In this document: positions 28,651 through 37,971 of the stretch, piece after piece
Layout of the letters: each line of letters begins with the position of its first letter
Position numbering within the stretch: position 1 is the first letter of the stretch
Origin: Gammaproteobacteria bacterium
Lineage (GTDB): Bacteria; Pseudomonadota; Gammaproteobacteria; Steroidobacterales; Steroidobacteraceae
DNA length: 64,000 nt
Direction: 5' to 3'
Assembly: GCA_043784265.1 (NCBI GenBank)
Contig: JAYVYN010000024.1
Location: forward strand, 2,621-66,620
Notes under the pieces: generated by a model
Database searches by the model: none
What the model saw: the letters and a program-made list of their open reading frames with translations, nothing else
Told to the model about the DNA's origin: nothing
Program-made: the position numbers and the translations under genes

Positions 28651-29970
28651 CTAGTCGATCTCCGAAGCAGGTGCGGTACGGACCACAATTTCGCGTTGCG
28701 CAGCCGGAATGGTGAGCTTATTTTCTTTAAACAGCCGCCAGATCGCGCGATTCACTTCGGAGCGCACATTGTTGACCCCTTCTTGCGGGTCAGAGATCCA
28801 AAAGCGCAGCTCCAACTCGATACCGCTGTCACTAAAATGCATGAGCCGCGACACCGGTGCAGGGTCCTTCAAAACGCGCTTTTGGCCCTCGCAGGCCGCG
28901 AGCAAGGTGTTCAAGGCGAGTTCTGGATCATCTCGGTAGCTCACGCGAATAGGTAATTTGAGTCGCACTCGTGGGTCGGTGTAACTCCAGTTGATTACCG
29001 CATTCGAAATTAATTGTTGATTGGGAACCAGCATTTCTACGCCGTCTCGATCCCGCACCACGACGTAGCGACCGCGTAATTCTTGTACCCACCCGAAATT
29101 TTCAGTATTAGTACCGCTTTGCCCGGACAAGCTGATGACATCGCCGGGTTTGATGGATCGATCCAGCAATAGCACAAAGCCGCTCACAAAATTTGCCGCA
29201 ATGGACTGTAGGCCGAAGCCAAGACCAAGACCAATAGCGCCGGTTAGAACCGTCAGTGCGGTGAGATCAACGCCGGCGGCATTTAACCCCAACAGTATGC
29301 TAAGGCCAATTAAAAATGCATTGGCAAATTTAGCAATGCCGATGCGAGTGGAGGGCGCCAGGTTGTGCAGTTTCTTTAAACGACGGTCGAGCCAACGACT
29401 GATCCAGGCTGCCACCAACACAAATAGGGTGAGCGTAAAGAATAATTTCATCACCGACCATAGCGTGATGCGACTCTTGCCGGAGGAGATGCCCAAGCTA
29501 TCGAGTGTATTAATGATTGGATCTAACCAACCTAAATATTCGGCGGCAATCGCCAACCATAGGAACAGCGTGATACGGCTCTCCCATTGCTGCATCCAAG
29601 ATTTATTGCCAAGACTGGCCGCAAACAGAAACACGATGACACGCATGATGGCGTAAGCGCCGATCAGCCGCATGGCAGCGTCTAGCAAGGTCGTATCAAA
29701 ATGCGCAGCGGCAAGCGCACTGCGGGCAATGACCACAAATAGTAGGGCAGCGAGTGCCGGCGCAGCCACTACGCTCCCTTGCGAGAAAAAATAATTCCAT
29801 GTCAACACCACTGGCGCGGCGGTTGTTTGACGGCGCGACCGATTGAGCAGGGCGGCTCCGACAAAACTACCGACCACCAGGCATAATGCGAGCATCGCCA
29901 ATTCAGTCAACACATCGCGGGTCAGCAGGATGTCGATAAAACCTGCGATGCGCTGGAAGATTTCGGTCAT
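28651..29970 (-). CDS. MscS-family mechanosensitive channel
   Basis: Multiple transmembrane segments plus the conserved MscS beta-domain (IKPGDVISL...GWVQELRGRYVVVRDRDGVEMLVPN). Confidence 0.85.
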   Translation of the reverse strand: MTEIFQRIAGFIDILLTRDVLTELAMLALCLVVGSFVGAALLNRSRRQTTAAPVVLTWNYFFSQGSVVAAPALAALLFVVIARSALAAAHFDTTLLDAAMRLIGAYAIMRVIVFLFAASLGNKSWMQQWESRITLFLWLAIAAEYLGWLDPIINTLDSLGISSGKSRITLWSVMKLFFTLTLFVLVAAWISRWLDRRLKKLHNLAPSTRIGIAKFANAFLIGLSILLGLNAAGVDLTALTVLTGAIGLGLGFGLQSIAANFVSGFVLLLDRSIKPGDVISLSGQSGTNTENFGWVQELRGRYVVVRDRDGVEMLVPNQQLISNAVINWSYTDPRVRLKLPIRVSYRDDPELALNTLLAACEGQKRVLKDPAPVSRLMHFSDSGIELELRFWISDPQEGVNNVRSEVNRAIWRLFKENKLTIPAAQREIVVRTAPASEID

Positions 29971-30206
29971 GCGTTGAGATCCGGTATACGCAGACTTTCA
30001 AGTCGGGCGATTTGATCCTTGAGCAGCAACTTGCGTTTCTTTAGACGTTTCATCTGTACCTCGTCCATTTTGAAATCCATGCTCAGGCGCGTGATGATGT
30101 CATCGAGATCGCGGTGCTCAATACGCAATTGGCGCAATCGCTCAATGTTCTTGAACAGTTCAGTATTAACTTTATTATTGTCGTCACTCACAAGAATTTC
30201 TGCCAT
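29967..30206 (-). CDS. YdcH/DUF465 family coiled-coil protein
   Basis: ~79 aa with HRDLDD...LKKRKLLLKDQI, typical of DUF465. Confidence 0.7.
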   Translation of the reverse strand: MAEILVSDDNNKVNTELFKNIERLRQLRIEHRDLDDIITRLSMDFKMDEVQMKRLKKRKLLLKDQIARLESLRIPDLNA

Positions 30207-31033
30207 AGCGGCGTTACGCCAACCGGTAGCTTAGCTAACCGGCCTAAAGGATTCCAAGAAACATGCGGATGGTGAAAATCAGAGCCGACCGACCCTGCAA
30301 GACCGAATTGCATGGCAAGCTGTGCACAAGTGTCAATTTGTGCTGCCGCATGACCCCCGGTGACAACTTCCAATCCTGTCCCACCCGCGGTTTTGAAATC
30401 AGTTATCAATTGGCGGCGAGCGCCCGCGGATAGCTTGTAGCGCAGCGGATGAGCGAGCGACGCCACACCTCCTGCGCCCGTAATCCAGCCCACCACCTCG
30501 GCAAGCATTGGCCATTGGTTTGCAAGTGCTGCGGCCTTACCACGGCCTAGGTATTTAACGAATGCCTCTTCGTTGTCGTTGACATGACCCGCTGCCACCA
30601 TAGCAGCCGCGAGATGCGCGCGCGTGGGCAACCCTGGATGCCCTTCGACCGTGGCCAATAGCGTAGCCCCCGGCAACCCCATTTCGGTCAATCTTGCGCA
30701 CAGGTTACGCATGCGAATATGGCGACGGTGTGCCTGGGAGTTAAGCTGGGCGTTAAGCTCGGCAGACGCGGGGTCCACCCATAACCCTAAAACATGAATG
30801 CCTTGCGAGCGCCAGGCAGCCGAAATTTCAACGCCTGGGACGATTTTTAGGCTCTGGGGCGCTTGAACAGAATGCGCTGCTGCACTGCGCGTGGCCTCCT
30901 CGACACCGGCCACGCTATCGTGATCCGTAAGCGCGAGGACCTCGATGCCCGCATGGGCTGCCGCGGCGATGAGTTCGGTCGGGTTTAGCGATCCATCGGA
31001 GTGGTTCGAATGCGTATGCAGGTCGATTTTCAC
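30188..31033 (-). CDS. trpH: PHP-domain phosphoesterase (TrpH/YciV, RNase AM-like)
   Basis: MKIDLHTHSNHSDG...ALTDHD PHP metal-binding motifs. Confidence 0.85.
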   Translation of the reverse strand: MKIDLHTHSNHSDGSLNPTELIAAAAHAGIEVLALTDHDSVAGVEEATRSAAAHSVQAPQSLKIVPGVEISAAWRSQGIHVLGLWVDPASAELNAQLNSQAHRRHIRMRNLCARLTEMGLPGATLLATVEGHPGLPTRAHLAAAMVAAGHVNDNEEAFVKYLGRGKAAALANQWPMLAEVVGWITGAGGVASLAHPLRYKLSAGARRQLITDFKTAGGTGLEVVTGGHAAAQIDTCAQLAMQFGLAGSVGSDFHHPHVSWNPLGRLAKLPVGVTPLWQKFL

Positions 31034-31341
31034 GAAGCCAGACCCACCGCTTCCACGGTAAGGCCGCGTAGCACGATAAAGCCCTGCGCCCGCTCGAATC
31101 CGTTATTGGTATAATCAAACGTATAGGTACGTAATAAACGTCGTTTGCCTTCATTGTCCCTTGTTAGGCGAAAGCCGGCAAAGGCGACAGTTTCATCCAG
31201 GAACTGCACCACCGCCTCCGAACAGGTTTGTTTCGCAATCCGATTCGCGGTGGCACGGGCGTCCAGGGCGCTCTGCCATATTTTATAAGCGGTTGCTAGC
31301 GCACCCGCGAGTGCTACCATGAGCCATAGGTCCTCGTTCAT
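31030..31341 (-). CDS. DUF3301-like small membrane protein
   Basis: N-terminal transmembrane segment and the pattern C..V.FLDETVAF....LTRD...R.Y.F. Start trimmed to MNEDLW. Confidence 0.45.
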   Translation of the reverse strand: MNEDLWLMVALAGALATAYKIWQSALDARATANRIAKQTCSEAVVQFLDETVAFAGFRLTRDNEGKRRLLRTYTFDYTNNGFERAQGFIVLRGLTVEAVGLAS

Positions 31342-31402
31342 GAGGTGAAGCTTACCGCTACGGGGGCTAGATTTTCGATAAATGCGCCCCATATTGAAGG
31401 TT

Positions 31403-31783
31403 ATGAGTAAAAACCTGCCGCCTGACCTGGAAGTACGCGTCGATCCTGACGAGATGGTGCGCTACGTTCATAGTCTGATGACCACCCCGCAGACCAAGGG
31501 GGGATCCACGATTGTCGCCCTGGCCGAGCGCCAGTGGGGTGGGGATACCGCGCTCGCTCGAGCCGCGCAGTTGCGGTGGAGTGCTCTCAACAGAGCATTC
31601 GGCGATGCGCGGGTCAGTAGTTGGACGACTTATCAAAAGAGCAATCAAATTCATGTGCCAGCGGCATTAATCGCCGCCGCGGGCGTCGCCCGACTCACGG
31701 TTGCCGCCGATGAGGTGGTGTTTGACATACCGACCTTGTTAGACGCCACCTTGCAGTTGTGCGAACCTGCCGGTTACGCTTAA
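31403..31783 (+). CDS. Hypothetical protein
   Basis: ORF only. Confidence 0.3.
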   Translation: MSKNLPPDLEVRVDPDEMVRYVHSLMTTPQTKGGSTIVALAERQWGGDTALARAAQLRWSALNRAFGDARVSSWTTYQKSNQIHVPAALIAAAGVARLTVAADEVVFDIPTLLDATLQLCEPAGYA

Positions 31784-32604
31784 AGAGGTTCATTGAGGGC
31801 CGGGGGTTCGTTAAAGGCCAAAAAGTCGCCGTTAATTAAGCTCGTCCGACAGTTATAGCGCAGTCGATGCCCATCCACGCGCGTCACCTGACCTCCGGCC
31901 GCTTCTAAAATCGCCTGCCCTGCCGCCGTGTCCCACTCCGAAGTCGGACCGAAACGCGGATAAAGATCCGCCTCGCCCTCGGCGATGAGACAAAATTTCA
32001 ACGAACTTCCAACGCCTTGCAATACGTGCTTTTTGAGGGTTTGCAAATACGCCGCCGTTTCAGCACTGGCATGCGAACGACTCCCCACCACGCGCAGCGG
32101 GTCTTGCACTGCGGACACTTTAATGGACTCGTAGGTTTTCAGTTCGCTGGCGTTCGCAGCCGGGCTCGTCTGGCCCGTGCTCGTTTGACGATACGCGCCG
32201 ACGCCCACCGCGCCCCAGTACAATTTTTTCAAATAAGGCGCCGCCACGATTCCCAGCACCGGCTCATGGGCCACGACCAGCGCAATATTGATGGTAAATT
32301 CGCCGTTGCGTTTGACGAATTCACGCGTGCCATCCAAAGGATCGACGACCCATAATTCATTCCATGCGCGACGCTCGCTCCAAGGTGCCTGGGCCGATTC
32401 CTCCGATAAAATGGGAATATCCGGCGTCAGTTTCGTCAAGCCCGCAGCAATAATGCGTTGCGATTCCAAATCCGCCAAGGTCAACGGCGAGGCGTCATCC
32501 TTGTGCGCCACCGCAAACTCGCCCTCATAAATTTGCAAGATAGCGGCCCCGGCTTGCTCCACTAGGGGAATTAAGGCTTGAGCAAGAGCGGTAAGATCAC
32601 GCAT
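31780..32604 (-). CDS. cysQ: 3'(2'),5'-bisphosphate nucleotidase CysQ (inositol monophosphatase family)
   Basis: LSEES...WVVDPLDGTREF and WDTAAGQAILEAAGG motifs. Start trimmed to MRDLT. Confidence 0.8.
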   Translation of the reverse strand: MRDLTALAQALIPLVEQAGAAILQIYEGEFAVAHKDDASPLTLADLESQRIIAAGLTKLTPDIPILSEESAQAPWSERRAWNELWVVDPLDGTREFVKRNGEFTINIALVVAHEPVLGIVAAPYLKKLYWGAVGVGAYRQTSTGQTSPAANASELKTYESIKVSAVQDPLRVVGSRSHASAETAAYLQTLKKHVLQGVGSSLKFCLIAEGEADLYPRFGPTSEWDTAAGQAILEAAGGQVTRVDGHRLRYNCRTSLINGDFLAFNEPPALNEPL

Positions 32605-32625
32605 AGGGTTGCTATCATACGCAAA

Positions 32626-33288
32626 ATGCCCCATGCGCCCGCCCTCGATTGGTCGATCATTGATACCGTGCTGCTCGATATGGACGGAACATTGCTCGAT
32701 TTGGAATTCGACAATTGGTTTTGGCAATCTCTAGTCCCGCAAGCGTACGCGGGCTCTCAGGGGGTTTCGGTGCAGGCCGCAGAGCTGGCGTTGGCGCCAA
32801 AATTTCGCGCGGTCGCGGGAACATTGCGTTGGTATTGCATCGAATATTGGTCAGACGAATTGGGCCTAGATATTGCGGCAATCAAGCGCGGCGCGAGCGC
32901 CAGAGTACGATACTTACCCGGTGCGCAAGAATTTTTGGTGAAACTCGCTGCAAACGGCAAGCGCCGCATTCTAGTCACTAACGCGCATCCCATTGCCCTT
33001 GCCATTAAGAGTGATCAAGTGGCTCTCGAACAGCATTTCGATGTGAGCTATTCCAGCCACTCTTTTTTAGTTGCCAAGGAAGATCTACAGTTTTGGTCGC
33101 GGTTGATGGCGGCGGAGTCTTTCGATCCTAAGCGTACGCTGTTCGTGGACGATAGCCTGGCGGTGTTAAGCGCCGCACGTAATTTTGGTATTGCGCATAT
33201 CCGAGCGGTACGTCGCCCCGATAGCGCGCGTCCGTCGCAACAGACTCCGGGCTACAGTTCTGTGGAGAGTGTTGTCGATTTGCTCTAG
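32626..33288 (+). CDS. yrfG: GMP/IMP nucleotidase YrfG (HAD superfamily)
   Basis: Collinear with E. coli YrfG: DTVLLDMDGTLLDLEFDNWFWQ, WYCIEYWSDELGLDI, ILVTNAHP, LFVDDS. Confidence 0.8.
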   Translation: MPHAPALDWSIIDTVLLDMDGTLLDLEFDNWFWQSLVPQAYAGSQGVSVQAAELALAPKFRAVAGTLRWYCIEYWSDELGLDIAAIKRGASARVRYLPGAQEFLVKLAANGKRRILVTNAHPIALAIKSDQVALEQHFDVSYSSHSFLVAKEDLQFWSRLMAAESFDPKRTLFVDDSLAVLSAARNFGIAHIRAVRRPDSARPSQQTPGYSSVESVVDLL

Positions 33289-33314
33289 TTAAAAAAATTC
33301 TTATTTAAAAAAGG

Positions 33315-34623
33315 CTAGGGAAGCGCCGGCCCCATTCGTGGAAAACTTACCTTTACCTTAGCGCCTCCCTCAATGCCCGATTCAAGGTTCACGGTGCCTG
33401 AATGCAGCTGGGTGATTCTAAGCATTAGTGCAAGCCCCAGGCCGGCACCTTCAAAATATTTGTCTTCCTCTGGCCCCCGAAAGAATCGATGAAAGGCGCG
33501 GGCTGCGGTTTCCGTGGTGAACCCAGGGCCATCGTCCAGCACTGCAAGGGTTATGGACTGATCGGTGTGCCCAATCTCTACGCAAATCCGCGCGCGCGTG
33601 TCGTATGGCGTTGCTCAATAAATGGCGCAGCAGAATTGCCAGCGCTTCTTGGTCACCGGGCACAGTTTCTTGGTCACCCGTGCACAGTTTCTTGGTCACC
33701 CGTGCAGCGAACGTCAATATTGCGTTCACGCGTCGAAGTGACGAACTCCCCTATCACTAATTCCGCCAGATGCTTGAGTTGCACGCGACCGTGACTTATC
33801 TGCACGCTGGTGTTGGCGTCAAAGCGTGCCAAGGTTAGGACCGAATCCACCATTTGAGCAGCATCGCACTTAAGGGATTGCGCAGTTCATGGGCGGCATC
33901 AGCCGTGAGGGCGCGCTCACGAATTAATGAGTCATGCACTCGGTGAGTTAGGCGATTCACTGCTTCGGATATCGACAGTAGTTCGGGTGGTAATCCCGAT
34001 CCATCGACCGGTTTCTCCGCCTCAGGTGTGAGTGAGTCGAGGGCCTTCGCGTAGCCAAAAATAGGCGCGGTAGTCTTACGCGCGATCCACGCGATCGCCG
34101 CGAATAACGCTACCATCATGGCGGCACCCGGTGCCATCAGTCGCAAGGCGCTCGAATTTGCGAGCGCCGCTCGACGGGACATTGGCTGTGCAACATGTAT
34201 GGTGGCGGCATCGAGTTGCAAGGCTAGTGTGTATACGCGGTATTGTTTGCCGCCGATGGTTGCATAGCCAAAGCCCCGATCATGTGCGCCCGCTAGTGGC
34301 GCCACCGGGGCGCCATGAGAACGAAAAACCAAAATGCCATTCGGCCCTCGTACCTGATAAACGATATCGCTTTGGCAGTTTTGATCAATCACGGCTAGTT
34401 CTAAACCAATGCCATTTTTGGTTTCGTTGAGTTCTGATATTTCGTTACGCACCACCGCAAGTACAGCGTTCGCGGTATTATCGAGAGCATCATCAAAGAG
34501 CCGGTCTGAGGTTAAAACTGCGGCGCTATACAGCCAAAAACTACTGGCACACCATGCGAGGAGAGTAGCGGTTCCAATTACCAGCGTGAGTCGATTCAAT
34601 AAGGACCAACGGGGAGCGTTCAC
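33315..34623 (-). pseudogene. Sensor histidine kinase pseudogene (QseC/PmrB-like architecture), with at least three lesions
   Basis: The sensor/transmembrane part and H-box AHELRNPLSA are in one frame. The DHp helix 2 (MVDSVLTLARFD) is in a second frame after an internal deletion. The N-box LLRHLLSNAIRHA is in another frame, behind a 22-bp tandem triplication. DDGPGF...GAGLGLAL is again shifted. Confidence 0.85.
33646..33710. repeat. About 22-bp direct tandem repeat, three copies (TTCTTGGTCACCCGTGCACAGT)
   Basis: Copies at 33646-33666 (21 nt, one mismatch), 33667-33688 and 33689-~33709. The unit is not a multiple of 3 and it introduces a TGA in the kinase frame. Confidence 0.9.
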
Positions 34624-34632
34624 CGACTAGGC

Positions 34633-35150
34633 TCAACTAGCCCAGTGATACAGCGCCTCTTCAATGCGCGCGCGTGAGACCATATCTCCTGCCCGGCGCG
34701 AGGACACCGAGAACTGCAAATTCCTGGGCGGTTAGGCTAATCGGTTGGCCGCGCAGCATGACTGAAGCGCCCAGGGAGTCAATGGTTAAAATGCCCAGGA
34801 CATGTAAACCATTGGTGCGCACTCCTTGGCGCCGGTCAATGGCTCTAAGACGAGCCGCAAGTTCTTCTAGGTCTGTCGGCTTGACCCTGTAGTCGCCTGC
34901 CCCGGCGTCCAATCCTGCGATTCGATCATCAATCCGACCACGCGCAGTTACGATGAGGATTGCTGCCGTCCGGCAGCCCTAAGTCAACTATCACCGCGTC
35001 ATAGGGGGTCATTTCGGCGCTTGGACTCAGCCACGCCGCGTGAGCGGCAGATGCTGTTTGTACCCAATCGGTGGCGTGCTGATCTTGGGCTAATCCGGCT
35101 TTCAAGGCGCGACCCACCATGGCGTCATCTTCGATGAGGAGTAGCCGCAT
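34633..35150 (-). pseudogene. OmpR-family response regulator pseudogene
   Basis: MRLLLIEDD...VIVDLGLPDGS jumps out of frame to ILIVTARG..GLDAGAGDY, which is an internal deletion. A further frameshift follows in the winged helix (EFAVL.. / RAGDMVSRARIEEALY). The last ~35 codons are missing. Confidence 0.85.
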
Positions 35151-35161
35151 AGTGAATTGAG

Positions 35162-35467
35162 TTAGAACTGGTACTCGACTTGAAAGCGCAAAGTTCGGTC
35201 TGGCGAGTGCCCCGTGGTACCGAAAAGTAACGCTGCGTTATAGGAGAGTGATTTAGGTCCAGAAATTGGCACGTGACCGAGCAGCACGGGTCCAACTCGG
35301 TGGAGCTGGTCAGGATAGTTGCCAATTTGCTTGGTTTTGGTGCCAAATTTTCCAAAGGCTTGAATTCCGAATTCAAGTGATGCGCTGTATCGATATTTGA
35401 GCTGGCTTTGATAACTGAGCTCCACGCTTGGACGGGTCGAGTCCGCGAAATGATGGTCGAACAGCAA
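35162..35467 (-). pseudogene. C-terminal remnant of an outer-membrane beta-barrel gene
   Basis: Ends in an OMP-type signature (RFQVEYQF). There is no signal peptide or N-terminal part. It lies in the same frame directly behind the stop of the upstream ORF. Confidence 0.45.
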
Positions 35468-35500
35468 ATTTAGGTTTGCCTCAATTCTCCCAATGTCCCG

Positions 35501-35827
35501 TCACGCCCATGCCGGACCATTGCCATCGGCTCGATCCTCACTCTGATATAAATAGCGCCCGGCGCTTAAAGGCCCGATGTATAGAGTGATTCGGCTATTC
35601 GGCGGAATATGCTTCTCGCGATTGAGCGAATAACTTTCGAATTCCTCCGCAGTAGCGCCCTGATTTTCGACCGTATTCCGCACCTTCTCAGCGGTTGGAA
35701 TGCTGAGCACTGCGGGGACGAATTCCCGGTTTTTGACCAGGATTAAAAACTCGGGTTCAGCGGCGAATGCGGGCACCATCATGCAGATGAGCAAACTCAC
35801 GAGCCGCTTGCTATACATAAGTTTCAT
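35501..35827 (-). CDS. Cupredoxin-like (EfeO Cup-domain type) periplasmic protein, C-terminus possibly altered
   Basis: Signal peptide and VENQGATAEEFESYSLNREK...IGPLSAGRY, as in small cupredoxin-domain proteins. The last ~17 aa are atypical. Confidence 0.5.
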   Translation of the reverse strand: MKLMYSKRLVSLLICMMVPAFAAEPEFLILVKNREFVPAVLSIPTAEKVRNTVENQGATAEEFESYSLNREKHIPPNSRITLYIGPLSAGRYLYQSEDRADGNGPAWA

Positions 35828-35847
35828 GGATGCTCCTTGATTGATTA

Positions 35848-37971
35848 TTACTCAGCATCGTCGGAGTTGCGGTCTTGCGAAGATCTCTTTGGTACTCCAA
35901 AGGAGTAAGTTACCCCAATGTAGGCAACCCTACCCACTTGAGCACGACTATAAGTATCCGTCAATTCGGGAGTTACCACATAGCGGCGCAATACCTGACC
36001 GTTAAAGAGATCAACGACGGTAAATGCCGCTGTCCATTGGTCTGAGAGCGTGCGGCGATAGCCTATATTGACCAAGTTGATCGCATCAATATAGCCCTGC
36101 GGGGTTAGGCGTTTAGCCGAGTGATTAATGGACAGTTGCAGGGTGTCAACTCCGTTGGGGCGATAATCCAAGTTCGCCTTGGCATTTACGCCGGTAGTGG
36201 ACTTGAGTCCTGGTGTCCCCAGCGCGGGTAGGTCGAGTTGACGGTAGAAAAAATTCGCACTCAGGCCGTAAGACCATTGGTGCACCGGATGAGCGCTGGC
36301 AATTAGCTCTAAGCCCTCGGACTTATCGCTTGGCAAGTTCGCTTGGGTAATTAATACCACGGTGCCGCTTAGTGGCTGCGATAGGTCGGTGACGCTATTT
36401 TGGTTGTGGTGTACGTAGCCGGCTAATTCCAAATTGAAGCGTTTGGATTCCCGTGCATAGCCGAGTTCCAATGCGCGCGTGTCTTCTGGGAGTAGGGTGG
36501 GATTGCCGACGCGTAGGTTTTGGATGTCGCGTTGGTCAATAAAGGGGTCGAGTACCTGTGGGTCTGGACGGGTCACCCGACGGCTAACGCTCAACGAAAT
36601 TGTTGCCTCTGAGGAGATGCGGCGCTCAACGCGGAGATTTGGATATGCCCCGCTATATTGGTTGTTCAGGGTGTTGTAAGTGCGCTCTAGCCGCAGCCCC
36701 GCCAGAAAGTTCCACAGCAAGTGGCTTGATTCGTAACTGCTATACAAGGAATGGATAGTTTGCACGTAATTAAACTGATTAATAATGCTGGGATTGGGAA
36801 AAATTTGACCCGAAAGGGGATCAATTCGGCCGCCGCCGTTAGCGAGCCTATTATTAGCTCGCTCGAAGTCGTAACCCATCTTTATTTGGATTATGCGGCT
36901 CAGTGGCAAAACATAGTCGGCGCTTAGCTCAGTAATGTCGTTGACAGTGTTAAAACTCAAGTTATCAGAGTTCGACGCTGCGACTGGCAAATTATATGTA
37001 TTAAAGTAATTAAAGGCCTCCTCACGGTGCATCCGTGAGTGACGAGCAGCCAAACTAAGTGACTCGTCCGGACGCGAGAAATCTTGGGTAAATTGCAGCT
37101 TCTGCTCGCTGTCCGCACGTCGCTCAATGCCCGCGCCCGAGCGACTGGTTTGAGTGAGCGTCGTGCCATCGACTAGTTGACTCTGCTCGAGTTGTGAAAA
37201 ATTCTTGGTGCCGTGGCGTTCGCGAAGACTTGCCGAAAAATCTACCGATTGATGCTCGTTAAGCCGATAACCGGCCGCCCCCTTGATTGACGGCATGAGG
37301 CGACGCACATCCTGATTGATACTGGACTGGCTGAGGATATTTAGACCAGATGCAAGTTCGGCCGTAGAGCGAATGTCATTGATGGGGCGCTGGCGATAGT
37401 CCTGACGTAGTCCAACACCGCCTGAAAAATTTATTGGCCCGTTGTTATAGCTGCCATTAGTGGCCATTTGGTAGCGATGTTCATTACCGATGCTTACGCG
37501 CGCCGAACCGGCGGTACCGGGTCGGCGGCTTTTCTTAGTGATAATGTTGATTATGCCCGCTCCGCCATTGGCTTTGAATTCCGGCGGTGGGTTGGTCATC
37601 ACTTCAACGCGATCGATTTCTGCGGCTGACAGTTGTTGGAGACCATCGCCCGCCGAGGAACCTGAGAATAGTGCCGATGGTTTACCGTCCACTAGAATCG
37701 TGACGTTAGTATCGCCCCTAAGACTTACCGCGCCGTCCGCATCCACTTCCACGGAGGGAATTTCATTGAGAATGTCTGCGGCAGTGCCAGTGTTGCTTTG
37801 AATGTTGGTCGTAACGTCAGAAATTCGCCGATTCTTAAGTTGTGACACCGCGCTTTTATGAGCGGTAACCACAACCTCGGGTAGAACGTTCTCCTCACTG
37901 TCACTTGACTGGGCCATGACCGTGCCGGCTGCCGCACAGATTCCGCCTAGCAAGAACGCTATTTGTTTCAA
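35848..37971 (-). CDS. TonB-dependent outer-membrane receptor
   Basis: Signal peptide, TonB box LPEVVVTA, plug (LRGDTNVTILVDGKP), and a long beta-barrel with a YSFG block near the C-terminus. Confidence 0.85.
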   Translation of the reverse strand: MKQIAFLLGGICAAAGTVMAQSSDSEENVLPEVVVTAHKSAVSQLKNRRISDVTTNIQSNTGTAADILNEIPSVEVDADGAVSLRGDTNVTILVDGKPSALFSGSSAGDGLQQLSAAEIDRVEVMTNPPPEFKANGGAGIINIITKKSRRPGTAGSARVSIGNEHRYQMATNGSYNNGPINFSGGVGLRQDYRQRPINDIRSTAELASGLNILSQSSINQDVRRLMPSIKGAAGYRLNEHQSVDFSASLRERHGTKNFSQLEQSQLVDGTTLTQTSRSGAGIERRADSEQKLQFTQDFSRPDESLSLAARHSRMHREEAFNYFNTYNLPVAASNSDNLSFNTVNDITELSADYVLPLSRIIQIKMGYDFERANNRLANGGGRIDPLSGQIFPNPSIINQFNYVQTIHSLYSSYESSHLLWNFLAGLRLERTYNTLNNQYSGAYPNLRVERRISSEATISLSVSRRVTRPDPQVLDPFIDQRDIQNLRVGNPTLLPEDTRALELGYARESKRFNLELAGYVHHNQNSVTDLSQPLSGTVVLITQANLPSDKSEGLELIASAHPVHQWSYGLSANFFYRQLDLPALGTPGLKSTTGVNAKANLDYRPNGVDTLQLSINHSAKRLTPQGYIDAINLVNIGYRRTLSDQWTAAFTVVDLFNGQVLRRYVVTPELTDTYSRAQVGRVAYIGVTYSFGVPKRSSQDRNSDDAE

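Noticed and set aside
32578-32727. Apparent 150-nt overlap of divergent cysQ and yrfG ORFs
   Set aside because: Both ORF-track models use the most upstream in-frame start. Alignment to E. coli YrfG and to CysQ-length proteins supports internal starts at 32626 and 32604, which removes the overlap.
33646-33710. Possible mini-CRISPR or other repeat array
   Set aside because: The copies are directly adjacent with no spacers and there are only three units, all inside a recognisable kinase coding sequence. It is a slippage duplication.
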